Shown one piece after another: positions 55,716-64,000 of a DNA stretch of 64,000 nt; positions within the stretch are counted from its first letter, which is position 1; each line of letters opens with the position of its first letter. The DNA comes from Chthonomonadales bacterium (GTDB taxonomy: Bacteria > Armatimonadota > Chthonomonadetes > Chthonomonadales > CAJBBX01). The stretch covers positions 6,137-70,136 of the forward strand of contig JAAYVH010000002.1 of NCBI GenBank assembly GCA_012517255.1, in the 5' to 3' direction. The translations under genes were made by a program, and so were the position numbers. Below the pieces are notes generated by a model. The model did not search any database, was not told where the DNA came from, and saw only the letters and a program-made list of their open reading frames with translations.

Positions 55716-56696
55716 CTATGACCCGTCTGCGCTCTGTGCCCTCGCACGAACAACGATCGCTGTCGGCACGGTCAGGAAGGCCGGAGCCGGCGTCTCGACG
55801 TTACCCTCGCGCACGTACGCAAGCTGACTGGAACCGCCTCCGTCGAGGCACATGGCGCGGGCGCACGCGACGCCATGCTCGCGCTCAAAGTAGCGCGCCA
55901 TGAACGCCGCCGCATCCGCGTACTCCATGGCTCCACCGACAGCCACCACAACCACCGCGGGTTTGCCCGAGCTCGCGCTGTATCCGACAAACGTGCGGTG
56001 CAGACGTCCCGGGCTGACCAGGCGCTCCTCACGATCGGTAACCGTGGGCCTGCCTGAGACCACGAGGGTCGGCCCGCAGCCCACGGCCTCCCGCACCGAC
56101 CACGTGCCCGACGGATCCGTCTGTTCAGGATCCCGATACCAGTTCAGGTCGGCTTTGGCGCCCCGGCGTCCGGTGGCCCATCGGATACCCGGCGTACCAT
56201 CCTTCTCGATGCCGAAGACCGAGCGTGCATACGGACCGCGGCTCCCCCGGCGCTGAGGACCGGATGACAACACCATCCCGTTGCCCACGAGGAGCCCGAC
56301 GATCTCCTTGCGCGCCTCGTCTCCGTCGCCAAAGTAGCCGCCGTTGATTGCTGCCACAGCTCCCGTCGCCGCACACCAGAGGGCCGCGGTGCGACAATCA
56401 CCGTAGCGGGGGCTCTCACGCTCGCGCAAGCCAGAAGACGCCACACTGATCGTCACGCCTCGCTGGCGCAGGTCAGCCTCGACCAGCCACACAGGTGACC
56501 CGTTGCCGATGGGATCATCTGCAGGGAATGACCGATAGCGGACACCCGGCGCCAGGTTGACATCGGCGCGAGTCGCCACGGCCGCGTCGGCCGACGTCGA
56601 AGCGCGGTCCGGCCGGTCGCCGGAGGACCCAATCGAGCAGGATGTAGCCAACAGAAGCGGCACGACCGCTGCGACGGCAATGCTACGGGCGCGCAT
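55716..56696 (-). CDS. phosphodiester glycosidase (DUF2233 / NAGPA-like) family lipoprotein
   Basis: Lipobox in VVPLLLATSCSIGSS. AAINGGYFG and MCLDGGGSSQL are characteristic of the family. The start overlaps the upstream stop by 14 nt. Confidence 0.85.
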   Translation of the reverse strand: MRARSIAVAAVVPLLLATSCSIGSSGDRPDRASTSADAAVATRADVNLAPGVRYRSFPADDPIGNGSPVWLVEADLRQRGVTISVASSGLRERESPRYGDCRTAALWCAATGAVAAINGGYFGDGDEARKEIVGLLVGNGMVLSSGPQRRGSRGPYARSVFGIEKDGTPGIRWATGRRGAKADLNWYRDPEQTDPSGTWSVREAVGCGPTLVVSGRPTVTDREERLVSPGRLHRTFVGYSASSGKPAVVVVAVGGAMEYADAAAFMARYFEREHGVACARAMCLDGGGSSQLAYVREGNVETPAPAFLTVPTAIVVRARAQSADGS

Positions 56697-59502
56697 CGAG
56701 TCTTGCCTCGCGCACGATCTCTTTGCCTTTCACCACGGTCGCGCGACCGCCGGCGATCCTGACCTCCAGCATGCTCCGCGCGTCATCGGTGGCGGTGGTC
56801 ACCCGGAGATCTCCGGCCCGCACCGAGGAGCAGCCCACCGCCGCAAGACGGACCACTCGTCCCGACCTATCCATAGTGACACGGCACAGGTCGCCGTCCA
56901 TGACGATGCGGCGCTCGGGGAGAGCGATCGGCGTTCGCGGTCCATCGGGGTCGCGGGCGATGATGATGTCGCGTTGCCCGTTCACGAGCGTGATCTCGAC
57001 GGCGACATCGGACGTCTCGGCAGCCGTTCCCTTTGCGGACGACGGAATAGCGAGACGGCGAGCAGACGCGACGGCGGGCTTGCCGGCATGGGGCTCCAGC
57101 ACTGCCACGAATGTGGACGCAAGGTCCTCCCCGCGCCGACGCACGACGAGCCGCGGGATCCACAGCTCCTCCGTGGCGTTGTATCCCCCGATGGCTATCC
57201 AGCCCTCGCACGTCCCTATGTCGGCGGTCCGGGTCAGTTCCCAATGGTTCAGCGAGACGGCGCGGCCTTGAGGCAGCAGTTTGAGCCGATCCTCCACCGT
57301 CCAGATGGCGCGAGCCCCGGCGTCGGGGATGGGGGCCATTCGGAAGGCACGCATCTGAGTTCCGTTGCCGTAGTCCGGCTCCGGCTGAAGCCGGCCTGTC
57401 TCGAGCGCCAGAGCGCCGAAATGGCCGTGCTGAAACTTGACGTGCTCTCTTCCGCCTCGCACGCGAAAGACGTCCACGATGTAGGATGCGTCGGACCCGA
57501 CATCGCATTGCGCGACAGTGCGCTCAAACCGGCTCGCCTGAGTAGCCTCGGCGCAACGGGCTCGCACCGCTCGGAAGGTTGGCCCGTCGGCCCAGAGGGT
57601 GCAGTCGCCCGAAGCTGGCCGCTGATTTGTGCCGTCCACCACCACGGTGTTGTGCGCGGCGGTCATGGTGTACCATCGCGCTCGCGGCGAGCCCCAGCCG
57701 CCGAACTGAACGGGAGGATAGCCGAGCTCCGGGAGAAGGTCGAGACCAAAGGCGAAGAGACCCAGGTTCAGAGCGTCGAAATGCCCATGCGCTCCGCCCG
57801 CGTCGTAATCGAGCCAGACGGCCCGCCTCGCCTCGCCTTTGCCCGCGCGCAGGATGGCGAGCCGCCATTGCTCCTTGTTCACGCTCACCGGTTCGGGATC
57901 GGCGCCATGCCGCCGAATCGCCGAAGCGATCGTTTGCCGGAGGGACGCAGGATCCGCGCAGAAGAGATCGTACGGCAGTCCGTCGAGCTTCCCGTCGTTG
58001 GCCCGATAGGCGATCTGCGCAAACACGGGATCACCCGTGATCCTGCACAGGTGCGCCATCAGCGTGAACATAGAGGCGTCCATGCCGGGCGACGTGTTGA
58101 AGTGCGCTCCAACATAGCGCGGCGAGGGCACTGCGAACGCCCCCGTGTCGCCGGTCTGCGGGTAGTAACGTCCGAGGCAATGGGTGTCCACATGGAACCG
58201 GAACATGTCACGGATGCGCGGATGCCTGCGGACGAGATCCTCCAGCAAGGCAGGGTCCATGCGGGCGACCTGCGCGAGGAACCCGGCGAGCCCCTGAATG
58301 GTGAACGCGCTGTAGCCTGCCAGCCCTTTCTCGCCGGTCACGCCGTCCACCGCCGTCGCCTTCTCGATCATGGGGTCTACAATCGCCAGCACATCGGCGC
58401 GGTTCTGCGGCCATCTGAGGACGATGAGCAGCGTCGCCAAGGTGATCTCGGTGCGGGGATAGTTGGAGTGGATCCGGTCCGCGTGGGCGATAGGATGGCG
58501 AAGCAGGCCATCCTCGATGTTGCGGCGGATGTCGGGCCATGAGGACTTCGCGTTCGGCAACCCATGCTCACGCGCCTTCGCCGACAGAAACGTGACCAGA
58601 TCGGCATCGTCGGCCAGCGCTTCGCGGACCTGATCGAAGGCGACGGCCATCTGGCGCGTCTCCTCGCAGGCGTCGTGCCATGTCGAGACATATCCTGCGC
58701 TTGGCGGCCCTTCGTACATGACGCCCTGCTTGCCGAAGTCGTGCGTCGGGTAGAGATCGGCAACTCGATCGAGCAGGACCCCGGCCTTGTGCGCATAGGA
58801 GCGATCGCCGGTGGCCGAGTAGGCATCCGCGAGTGCGCGAATGCCCGCCACGATCGCCTGCTTCCATTGCCCGTAGATCAGATAGGCGCCGATGAAGCGC
58901 CAGCGCCTGTCGCCGTCCACGTAGCCCTCGCCGTCGTCCACGCCGAAGGCATGCAGCGGGTCGTCAGGATCGGGATGCTCGACGTTAAAGAGCAGCCGGC
59001 GGTCGGCGCGGTTGGGATCGAACACTCCCTGAGCATCCAGCCCAGACCGATAGAAGGCCCCGAAGTCGTTCTTCGGGAACAGCTCGTTGCAGTGGGGGCA
59101 CTGGACCTTCCATGGTCGGGTCAGAGCGTCCATCTTCCAGGTGTACATCGGCACGTCCCGTCTGCACGATGGACAGTGCCCGTTGGACCAGACCATCCAC
59201 GAACGCTTGATCGTGTTGCCGAACATGAGCGACCACAGCTCCTCGTCGGATCTGCGCAGCCACGGCTCGGCGGCGGCAACCAGACGATCGCGGACGGCGC
59301 GGTGGGAGCCCTGCAGGCGCATGCGTGCCGCGAGGACGGCGTCGCGCGGCAGAAAGGCCGAACGCGCGTCGGGCCCAGGCGACGCGCAGAGCGCGGTTGC
59401 AGCGAGGATGCCTCCGACTATGGTAACCATGAGATGCATGGGTGGCGGTGTCCTTCGTGTCGAGGGTGAGCTCAGCGCGCCGACTCGCCGGTCGCCCATC
59501 AC
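56683..59502 (-). CDS. heparinase II/III-like protein with an N-terminal Cys4 zinc-ribbon insert
   Basis: HGHFDALNLGLFAFGLDLLPELGYPP and YTMTAAHNTVVVDG are heparinase II/III-like C-terminal-domain motifs. CPSCRRDVPMYTWKMDALTRPWKVQCPHCNELFPKNDF is a Cys4 element common in this family. The track start is GTG 59502. ATG 59439 (MHLMVTIVGGILAATALCASP, signal-peptide-like) is a good alternative. Confidence 0.85.
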   Translation of the reverse strand: MMGDRRVGALSSPSTRRTPPPMHLMVTIVGGILAATALCASPGPDARSAFLPRDAVLAARMRLQGSHRAVRDRLVAAAEPWLRRSDEELWSLMFGNTIKRSWMVWSNGHCPSCRRDVPMYTWKMDALTRPWKVQCPHCNELFPKNDFGAFYRSGLDAQGVFDPNRADRRLLFNVEHPDPDDPLHAFGVDDGEGYVDGDRRWRFIGAYLIYGQWKQAIVAGIRALADAYSATGDRSYAHKAGVLLDRVADLYPTHDFGKQGVMYEGPPSAGYVSTWHDACEETRQMAVAFDQVREALADDADLVTFLSAKAREHGLPNAKSSWPDIRRNIEDGLLRHPIAHADRIHSNYPRTEITLATLLIVLRWPQNRADVLAIVDPMIEKATAVDGVTGEKGLAGYSAFTIQGLAGFLAQVARMDPALLEDLVRRHPRIRDMFRFHVDTHCLGRYYPQTGDTGAFAVPSPRYVGAHFNTSPGMDASMFTLMAHLCRITGDPVFAQIAYRANDGKLDGLPYDLFCADPASLRQTIASAIRRHGADPEPVSVNKEQWRLAILRAGKGEARRAVWLDYDAGGAHGHFDALNLGLFAFGLDLLPELGYPPVQFGGWGSPRARWYTMTAAHNTVVVDGTNQRPASGDCTLWADGPTFRAVRARCAEATQASRFERTVAQCDVGSDASYIVDVFRVRGGREHVKFQHGHFGALALETGRLQPEPDYGNGTQMRAFRMAPIPDAGARAIWTVEDRLKLLPQGRAVSLNHWELTRTADIGTCEGWIAIGGYNATEELWIPRLVVRRRGEDLASTFVAVLEPHAGKPAVASARRLAIPSSAKGTAAETSDVAVEITLVNGQRDIIIARDPDGPRTPIALPERRIVMDGDLCRVTMDRSGRVVRLAAVGCSSVRAGDLRVTTATDDARSMLEVRIAGGRATVVKGKEIVREARLDARP

Positions 59503-59538
59503 GCTTAAGACCAGCGGGCGGGCGGCGTCCGGACCTCG

Positions 59539-61254
59539 CTATCGCGTGGACTGGGCAGGCGACGTGAGCGAAGCCAGCTTCTTCGCAGCTTCGTCGAACT
59601 GGCGTGCCGCCTCCTGTCGGAGGAGCGTAGCCTCTTTGTCGTCGGCCTCGGACTGCGTTTCGAGGTGGCTCAGGTAGGCGCTCGCCGCCTGCGCCAACAA
59701 CGCCGCGGCCTGGACGTACGCCGCCTGCACCGGACCGAAGCGCGACGGCAACGGCATGTCGGAGAAGCAGGCCGACACGCCCGACGCTGCCGTGCGGCAC
59801 TCGACGGCGGCTTTGTGGGACTCCTCCCGGCTCCGGGTACCCGCGATCTGGTCTCTGCGAATGGCGACCAGCCTGCCGATCACGTCGCGGGCCACGCCCT
59901 CGAGCACGCCGGCCATCTCCGCGTAGGCCGCGGCATAGGCGGCCTCGCCGGCATCTCCCATGAGCTCCCTGGCCGCAGTCATCTCGGCGATGGCGTCTTG
60001 ATAGCGGAGCGCCTGCACCCGCAGCTTGGCCATCCTCAGGCGCGGCAGCGCGCTCTTGGGGTCGGCTTCCTGACCGGCACGGTAGGCAGCTTCAGCTTCG
60101 CTCGCCTTTCCCTGATCCCACAGGGCATCGCCCAGCGCCACATGGTTGGCCGCATTGCCGGGCTCGAGCCGAATGGCCTCTTGATAGGCGCTGATGGCTT
60201 TGTCCAGCTCCCCAAGCTCCCGATGGCCATCCCCGAGCAAGCGATGCAGCCCGGCGTCGCCGGGGCACAGTAGCAGCGCGCGCTCCGCTTCCTCACGCGC
60301 GGCCTCGGTCCATCCTCGCAGCCGAAGAGCCGCAACCAGGTCGCGGCGCAGCTTCGGATCCCGCGGCCTGTCCGTGATCGCTCGCCGCAGAGTCAGGATC
60401 AGATTGGCGGTGTCGCCCGATCGCCGGAACCGATCGACGAGCATCTCCGCGGCAGAAGGCGCGGTCTGACCCGACGGTTCGGGTGAGGTTCGCGCAGGCC
60501 CCTTATCGTCGGCTCTAGCTCCGGTCGGCGAATCCGGTTTGGCAGTCTCTGTCGAGCGAGCCACGTTGGCCGGAGCGACAGCCGGCGCAGCGGTGATCCG
60601 GGGCATGAGCGCGCCGACATGAGCGTGGATCGCCTCGAGCAACTGCGACTTCCGGTCCCGTCCCTTGTACGGGACTAGCGTCGAACTGAACACGGTGGAC
60701 CACTGCGAGCTTCCCATGCGAACTTGCATGTCGGCGACGGCTCCGATGCCATCTCGCCCGCGTGCAGCCGACACCCGTACGATGTACACGGCGCCGATCG
60801 CCTCGGCAACCTTGCGCGCTGCGGCTTCGGTCAGGTAGGCGGCGGCGTCCTGCTGGGTCAGCCTTCCGTCCTTGACGGCAGCGGCTACGTGCGGCTCCGA
60901 TGCGTTGTACAGAGCCACGTCATACAGGCCCGTCTCCTTCACCGACCGTGCAAGGAAGAAGCCGATGTCCACGAAGTCGGCTTTGCGGTCGAGCGCGCTT
61001 GGCTGAGAGACGATGAGCATGAGCGGCGCGGACGCGGGTTTGGGAGGCGGCGACTGTTCCTGCGACCATGCGATACACGCCGCGAACAGCAAAGCGGACA
61101 CCCAGAGGCTCCGACAGAGCGAGCGCGACGGCGCGGCCAGAGACGTCCGGGACGCACGTCCCGTCATACTGCGCTGGTCCGGTAGGGTCTGCCTGTGCAC
61201 GCTCGGCGTCCCCGATCGTATGGCTGCCCCTCGCCGGCGCATGGCGAGCCTCAT
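59539..61254 (-). CDS. membrane-anchored/secreted TPR-repeat protein
   Basis: 571-aa ORF. Hydrophobic N-terminal segment (LWVSALLFAACIAWSQ) and TPR units (LLLCPGDAGLHRLLGDGHRELGELDKAISAYQEAIRLEPGNAANHVALGDALWDQGKASEAEAAY). The start overlaps the upstream stop (ATGA). Confidence 0.75.
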   Translation of the reverse strand: MRLAMRRRGAAIRSGTPSVHRQTLPDQRSMTGRASRTSLAAPSRSLCRSLWVSALLFAACIAWSQEQSPPPKPASAPLMLIVSQPSALDRKADFVDIGFFLARSVKETGLYDVALYNASEPHVAAAVKDGRLTQQDAAAYLTEAAARKVAEAIGAVYIVRVSAARGRDGIGAVADMQVRMGSSQWSTVFSSTLVPYKGRDRKSQLLEAIHAHVGALMPRITAAPAVAPANVARSTETAKPDSPTGARADDKGPARTSPEPSGQTAPSAAEMLVDRFRRSGDTANLILTLRRAITDRPRDPKLRRDLVAALRLRGWTEAAREEAERALLLCPGDAGLHRLLGDGHRELGELDKAISAYQEAIRLEPGNAANHVALGDALWDQGKASEAEAAYRAGQEADPKSALPRLRMAKLRVQALRYQDAIAEMTAARELMGDAGEAAYAAAYAEMAGVLEGVARDVIGRLVAIRRDQIAGTRSREESHKAAVECRTAASGVSACFSDMPLPSRFGPVQAAYVQAAALLAQAASAYLSHLETQSEADDKEATLLRQEAARQFDEAAKKLASLTSPAQSTR

Positions 61255-62561
61255 CGGCTTGCCGCCAATCCGGCCTCACAGGCTTTGATGGCCTGCGTCG
61301 CAGCCTCTACGTTGCGTCCTGCCGCCACCTGATCGCGATAGCCCTTGATGGCCTCGTTGTAGTGCCGGCGGGCGTTGGCCATGTCACCCGTACGCTGATA
61401 GCAGAGGGCAGCTTTCTGGTGTATGCCGGGTCGGTCGTCGCCAGCGCCCTCGAGCGCCCGTTCCCAGGATTGCGCAGCCCGTCGGTAGTCTCCCTTGAGC
61501 TGCAGGTCCATAGCAAGGGCGGCATGGTACCGCGAGTCGGTGTTCGCGCCGCCTGCAGGCGGATTCGACGGGGGCGCCGGAGCGCCGCCTCCGCCGCCTC
61601 CGCCCTGAGGGCTAACCACAATCTCGATGCGCCCCGGATTCGGCTGAGGCGTGGGCTGGGTCTCGGCGCCGGCGGCGCCCGAGCCCGTTCCGCTTCGGTT
61701 GTCGCGGCCGGGATCGAAGAAACCGCCATCCTGGGCCCCTTGTCCGGTCCGAGCATTGTTGTCTCCGAGCGGGGGCGGCGAAGGCCGTATAGGCAATGGC
61801 TCCATCCCGCCGGGGGTCAGCGCCCCCGCGGCTGGCTGCTGTGAAGCCGTCGGCGGCGGCTGCGGATTCTGTACCGGCGGCTGCTGGGACTGCGGAGACA
61901 CTGCGCCAGGCTGACCCGACATCGCGGGGGTGGGGTTCTGTTGCGCCGGCTGCTGGAGTCCCGAAGATGCCACGGTACCGGGCTGGATGGGCGGAGCGTC
62001 ACGTGCGGTCCTGTCACGATACACACTGAACGCGTAGCCCACGATCACCACCACGAGCGTAACGGCGACGGCCGCCGCCGCGGCTCCGGCTGGAGTGTCC
62101 CAGAATGTGGGTTCCGGTCGCCTCGCCGACAGGATCTTCCGTGGAGCGACCTGGGCGATGCCGGATCGCAGGGCTTCGAGCTTCTCTCGGTCGGCAATGC
62201 TTGCCGGGTTGAGCGCCAGCACCTTCTCGCGTTCGGCAATCGCCTGGTCCCGATCGCCCTGACGCTCGTAGATCGTGCTGAGCAGGGCATGACCGTCGGT
62301 GCTGTCGGGCTTCAGTTCCAGAGCGCCCTTGCATGCGATCATCGCCGCATCATACTCGGCGTTGTCGTAGTGGCGAAACGCCAGCGCGAGCAACTCCTTG
62401 TAGCGCGCCTCCGGATCATGCGGCGCGAGTGATGGAGCAACCACGGGCTCCTGCTGAGCGGCAGGCGCGCGTTCAGGGTCCAGCGGCTCCATGCGGCGGC
62501 CGCACTGCTTGCAGAACTTGGCGTCGTCCGGGTTTCTGGTGCCACACTCGACGCAGTACAT
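61251..62561 (-). CDS. zinc-ribbon / TPR / single-TM / Pro-Gln-rich / TPR protein
   Basis: MYCVECGTRNPDDAKFCKQCGRRM is a double-CxxC zinc ribbon. It is followed by TPRs, one TM helix (AAAAAVAVTLVVVIVGYAF), a long P/Q/G-rich tract, and terminal TPRs. GAGGT lies about 11 nt upstream. Confidence 0.8.
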   Translation of the reverse strand: MYCVECGTRNPDDAKFCKQCGRRMEPLDPERAPAAQQEPVVAPSLAPHDPEARYKELLALAFRHYDNAEYDAAMIACKGALELKPDSTDGHALLSTIYERQGDRDQAIAEREKVLALNPASIADREKLEALRSGIAQVAPRKILSARRPEPTFWDTPAGAAAAAVAVTLVVVIVGYAFSVYRDRTARDAPPIQPGTVASSGLQQPAQQNPTPAMSGQPGAVSPQSQQPPVQNPQPPPTASQQPAAGALTPGGMEPLPIRPSPPPLGDNNARTGQGAQDGGFFDPGRDNRSGTGSGAAGAETQPTPQPNPGRIEIVVSPQGGGGGGGAPAPPSNPPAGGANTDSRYHAALAMDLQLKGDYRRAAQSWERALEGAGDDRPGIHQKAALCYQRTGDMANARRHYNEAIKGYRDQVAAGRNVEAATQAIKACEAGLAASR

Positions 62562-62661
62562 TACGGTTCTTTACCTCACGTACCGAGGATTCCCACCTCA
62601 GACGGTCTATTCTAGCCGTTCACGGGGTGTTTGGCAAGGCAAACCCTGTATGCCTGCGGCT

Positions 62662-62690
62662 TTGACAGCCAGGGGAGCGGGGACTATAAT
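62662..62690 (+). promoter_or_regulatory. perfect consensus sigma70 promoter TTGACA-17 nt-TATAAT
   Basis: TTGACA at 62662-62667, exactly 17 nt of spacer, TATAAT at 62685-62690. The A of ATG 62698 is 8 nt after the -10 box, at or next to the expected TSS. Confidence 0.6.
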
Positions 62691-62697
62691 GGCTGCC

Positions 62698-63033
62698 ATG
62701 CAGGATCAGACCGCCGCGCATACCGCCATCGTCAACAAGCTCCGACGGGGCACGCTGGAAGGCAAGCTGCTCTGGGAACGGGCTGGCGACTATGGCAAGC
62801 AATACGCAGTGCTGCTGGACACGGGGTTTCGCGCCACCGTCCAGAAAACGCCTTCAGGCTCGGTCGTGTTCACGATGCTCAACGCCGGCGGCGTCGCCAG
62901 CGTCCATCTCGACTCCTCGCGCGTAGCCGGTGATATGCTCCGTCTGGCGCTGCTGCAACTCTACGTCGCGGTCAGGGATACGGTCGCCGAGCTCATGGCG
63001 CGCGAAGCGCTGGATGCCGTCAAGGACCTGTGA
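62698..63033 (+). CDS. small hypothetical protein (111 aa; 114 aa if ATG 62689 is used), possibly leaderless
   Basis: The track ORF (62491-63033) has an implausible N-terminal extension. The in-frame ATGs at 62689 and 62698 follow the consensus promoter. The product MQDQTAAHTAIVNKLRRGTLEGKLLWERAGDYGKQYAVLLDTGF... has balanced composition and no motif I recognise. Confidence 0.55.
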   Translation: MQDQTAAHTAIVNKLRRGTLEGKLLWERAGDYGKQYAVLLDTGFRATVQKTPSGSVVFTMLNAGGVASVHLDSSRVAGDMLRLALLQLYVAVRDTVAELMAREALDAVKDL

Positions 63034-63071
63034 GCGAGCCGCCGAGAGCCTGCAGGCAAGAGAGGAAGGCC

Positions 63072-64000
63072 ATGGAGAACGAGGTTTCGGGGCGCATGAA
63101 GCGCCGGGAGTTCCTGATCGGCGCCGGGGTGGGCGCGGCCATGCTGCACGGCATGCCCGTCCGGGCATGCCGACGCCAGTCGCCCAACGAGACGGTGCAC
63201 TTTGCAGGCATTGGCGTGGGGAGCATGGGCGGCGCCGACGTGGATGCCGTGGTTGCCGAGGGCGGCAAGCTTGTTGCGCTCTGCGACGTTGACTTCGGCT
63301 ATGCTGCCAAGAAGGCCGAGCAGTATCCGGATGCGAAGCGGTTCAAAGACTACCGCGTGATGTTCGACCAGATGGGCAAGGACATTGACGCCGTCGTCAT
63401 CGGTACGCCGGACCACACGCATGCAGTGATTGCCATGGAAGCCATGCGCCGCGGCAAACACGTCTACTGCGAAAAGCCGCTTGCCCATTCGGTCCACGAA
63501 GTCCGTTCGCTCATGGCGGCCGCTCATAAGCACAGAGTAGTGACCCAGCTCGGCAACCAGGGGCACTCGAGCGACTCGATCCGCCGCACGTGCGAGTGGG
63601 TCTGGGCCGGAGCCATCGGCAAGGTCCACACGGTCCACGTCGCCTGCGACGCGTTCCGCGATGTCTATTGCCAGAAGGGTAACCTGAGCAAGCTCGACCA
63701 GAAGTACGACATACCCGAGACGCTCGACTATGATCTATGGCTCGGTCCGGCGCAGTTTCGCCCCTACACGCCGTTCTGGGTCCACTGGAACTGGCGCGGC
63801 TGGATGCCGTTCGGTACCGGCACCGTGGGAGACTGGTTCTGTCATGTCGTGGACCCGGCCTTCTGGGCGCTCGGGCTCACCGCGCCGACGACGGTGCGTG
63901 CCGAAGTGACGGACTACGATCCCAAGGTCCACGGTCTGACCTATCCTCCGGGGACGAAGATCACCTTCGAGTTCCCCGCAGATCGTGATCGGGGCCCGGT
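63072..64000 (+). CDS. Gfo/Idh/MocA-family oxidoreductase with a twin-arginine (Tat) signal, 5' part (runs off the right edge)
   Basis: Not in the ORF track because it has no stop in the window. My own translation from ATG 63072 (GAGGAAGG upstream) gives MENEVSGRMKRREFLIGAGVGAAMLHG (Tat-type RREFL), VHFAGIGVGSMGGADVDAV (Rossmann GxGxxG), DAVVIGTPDHTHAVIAMEAMRRGKHVYCEKPLAH (the family signature EKP motif), and is open through 64000. The 225-aa antisense ORF 62961-63638 is a shadow ORF. Confidence 0.85.
   Translation, partial: MENEVSGRMKRREFLIGAGVGAAMLHGMPVRACRRQSPNETVHFAGIGVGSMGGADVDAVVAEGGKLVALCDVDFGYAAKKAEQYPDAKRFKDYRVMFDQMGKDIDAVVIGTPDHTHAVIAMEAMRRGKHVYCEKPLAHSVHEVRSLMAAAHKHRVVTQLGNQGHSSDSIRRTCEWVWAGAIGKVHTVHVACDAFRDVYCQKGNLSKLDQKYDIPETLDYDLWLGPAQFRPYTPFWVHWNWRGWMPFGTGTVGDWFCHVVDPAFWALGLTAPTTVRAEVTDYDPKVHGLTYPPGTKITFEFPADRDRGP

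Noticed and set aside
56557-58542. 661-aa plus-strand ORF (and 58564-59469, 301 aa)
   Set aside because: Antisense to the heparinase II/III-like gene, which carries family motifs and a Cys4 ribbon. Shadow-ORF composition.
62491-62688. N-terminal extension of the small ORF (180-aa version)
   Set aside because: The extension overlaps the divergent zinc-ribbon gene's start and the promoter elements, and reads as low-complexity sequence. The consensus promoter at 62662-62690 argues for ATG 62698 (or 62689).

Overview
High-GC bacterial chromosomal window (about two-thirds G+C by eye, not computed), almost fully coding. I support 43 protein-coding genes. Two of them are truncated at the window edges, so the ORF track cannot show them. 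I found no rRNA, tRNA or CRISPR array. Because of the GC content, nearly every real gene is shadowed by long antisense or alternative-frame ORFs (up to 947 aa). I chose frames by catalytic and domain motifs, signal peptides and Shine-Dalgarno (GGAGG-type) spacing, and moved several starts on that basis. The content looks like a glycan-foraging neighbourhood: a GH106-like protein, a GH10 xylanase, clan GH-A-like enzymes, a sulfatase, L-rhamnose mutarotase, a CE4 deacetylase, DUF1080, a heparinase II/III-like protein, and BNR/sialidase-like and phosphodiester-glycosidase proteins, many with signal peptides or lipoboxes. Housekeeping genes are interspersed: a Pat/PatZ-like acetyltransferase, an amino-acid ABC transporter, an Fpg/Nei glycosylase, an AspC/TyrB-type aminotransferase, S9 and M24 peptidases, and archease. 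An H-X9-DG (DUF1559) pseudopilin with an [12 protein letters not shown]-type N-terminus hints at an Armatimonadota/PVC-like organism (inference only). The most interesting feature is a 3,410-bp insert (11069-14478) bracketed by a perfect 26-bp direct repeat that duplicates the interlocked stop codons of two convergent genes. The insert carries only a tightly coupled pair, a P-loop (STAND/ORC-like) ATPase and a protein with an unknown N-domain plus 8 TPR units. It has no recognisable effector or mobility gene, so I treat it as a candidate mobile, uncharacterised NTPase-TPR module. Other points worth a second look: a tightly coupled MBL-hydrolase / radical-SAM / PD40-lipoprotein operon, a PQQ-propeller::BNR-sialidase read-through fusion with a signal-peptide-like segment at the junction, a trypsin-fold protein with all three catalytic residues apparently replaced, two consensus sigma70-type promoters (one implying a leaderless small ORF, one overlapped by a 27-bp palindrome upstream of a LacI gene), and a 9-bp x3 tandem repeat forming a mini-uORF that ends on the GTG start of an ABC transporter gene. 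All functional calls come from motif recognition by eye; no database search was run.
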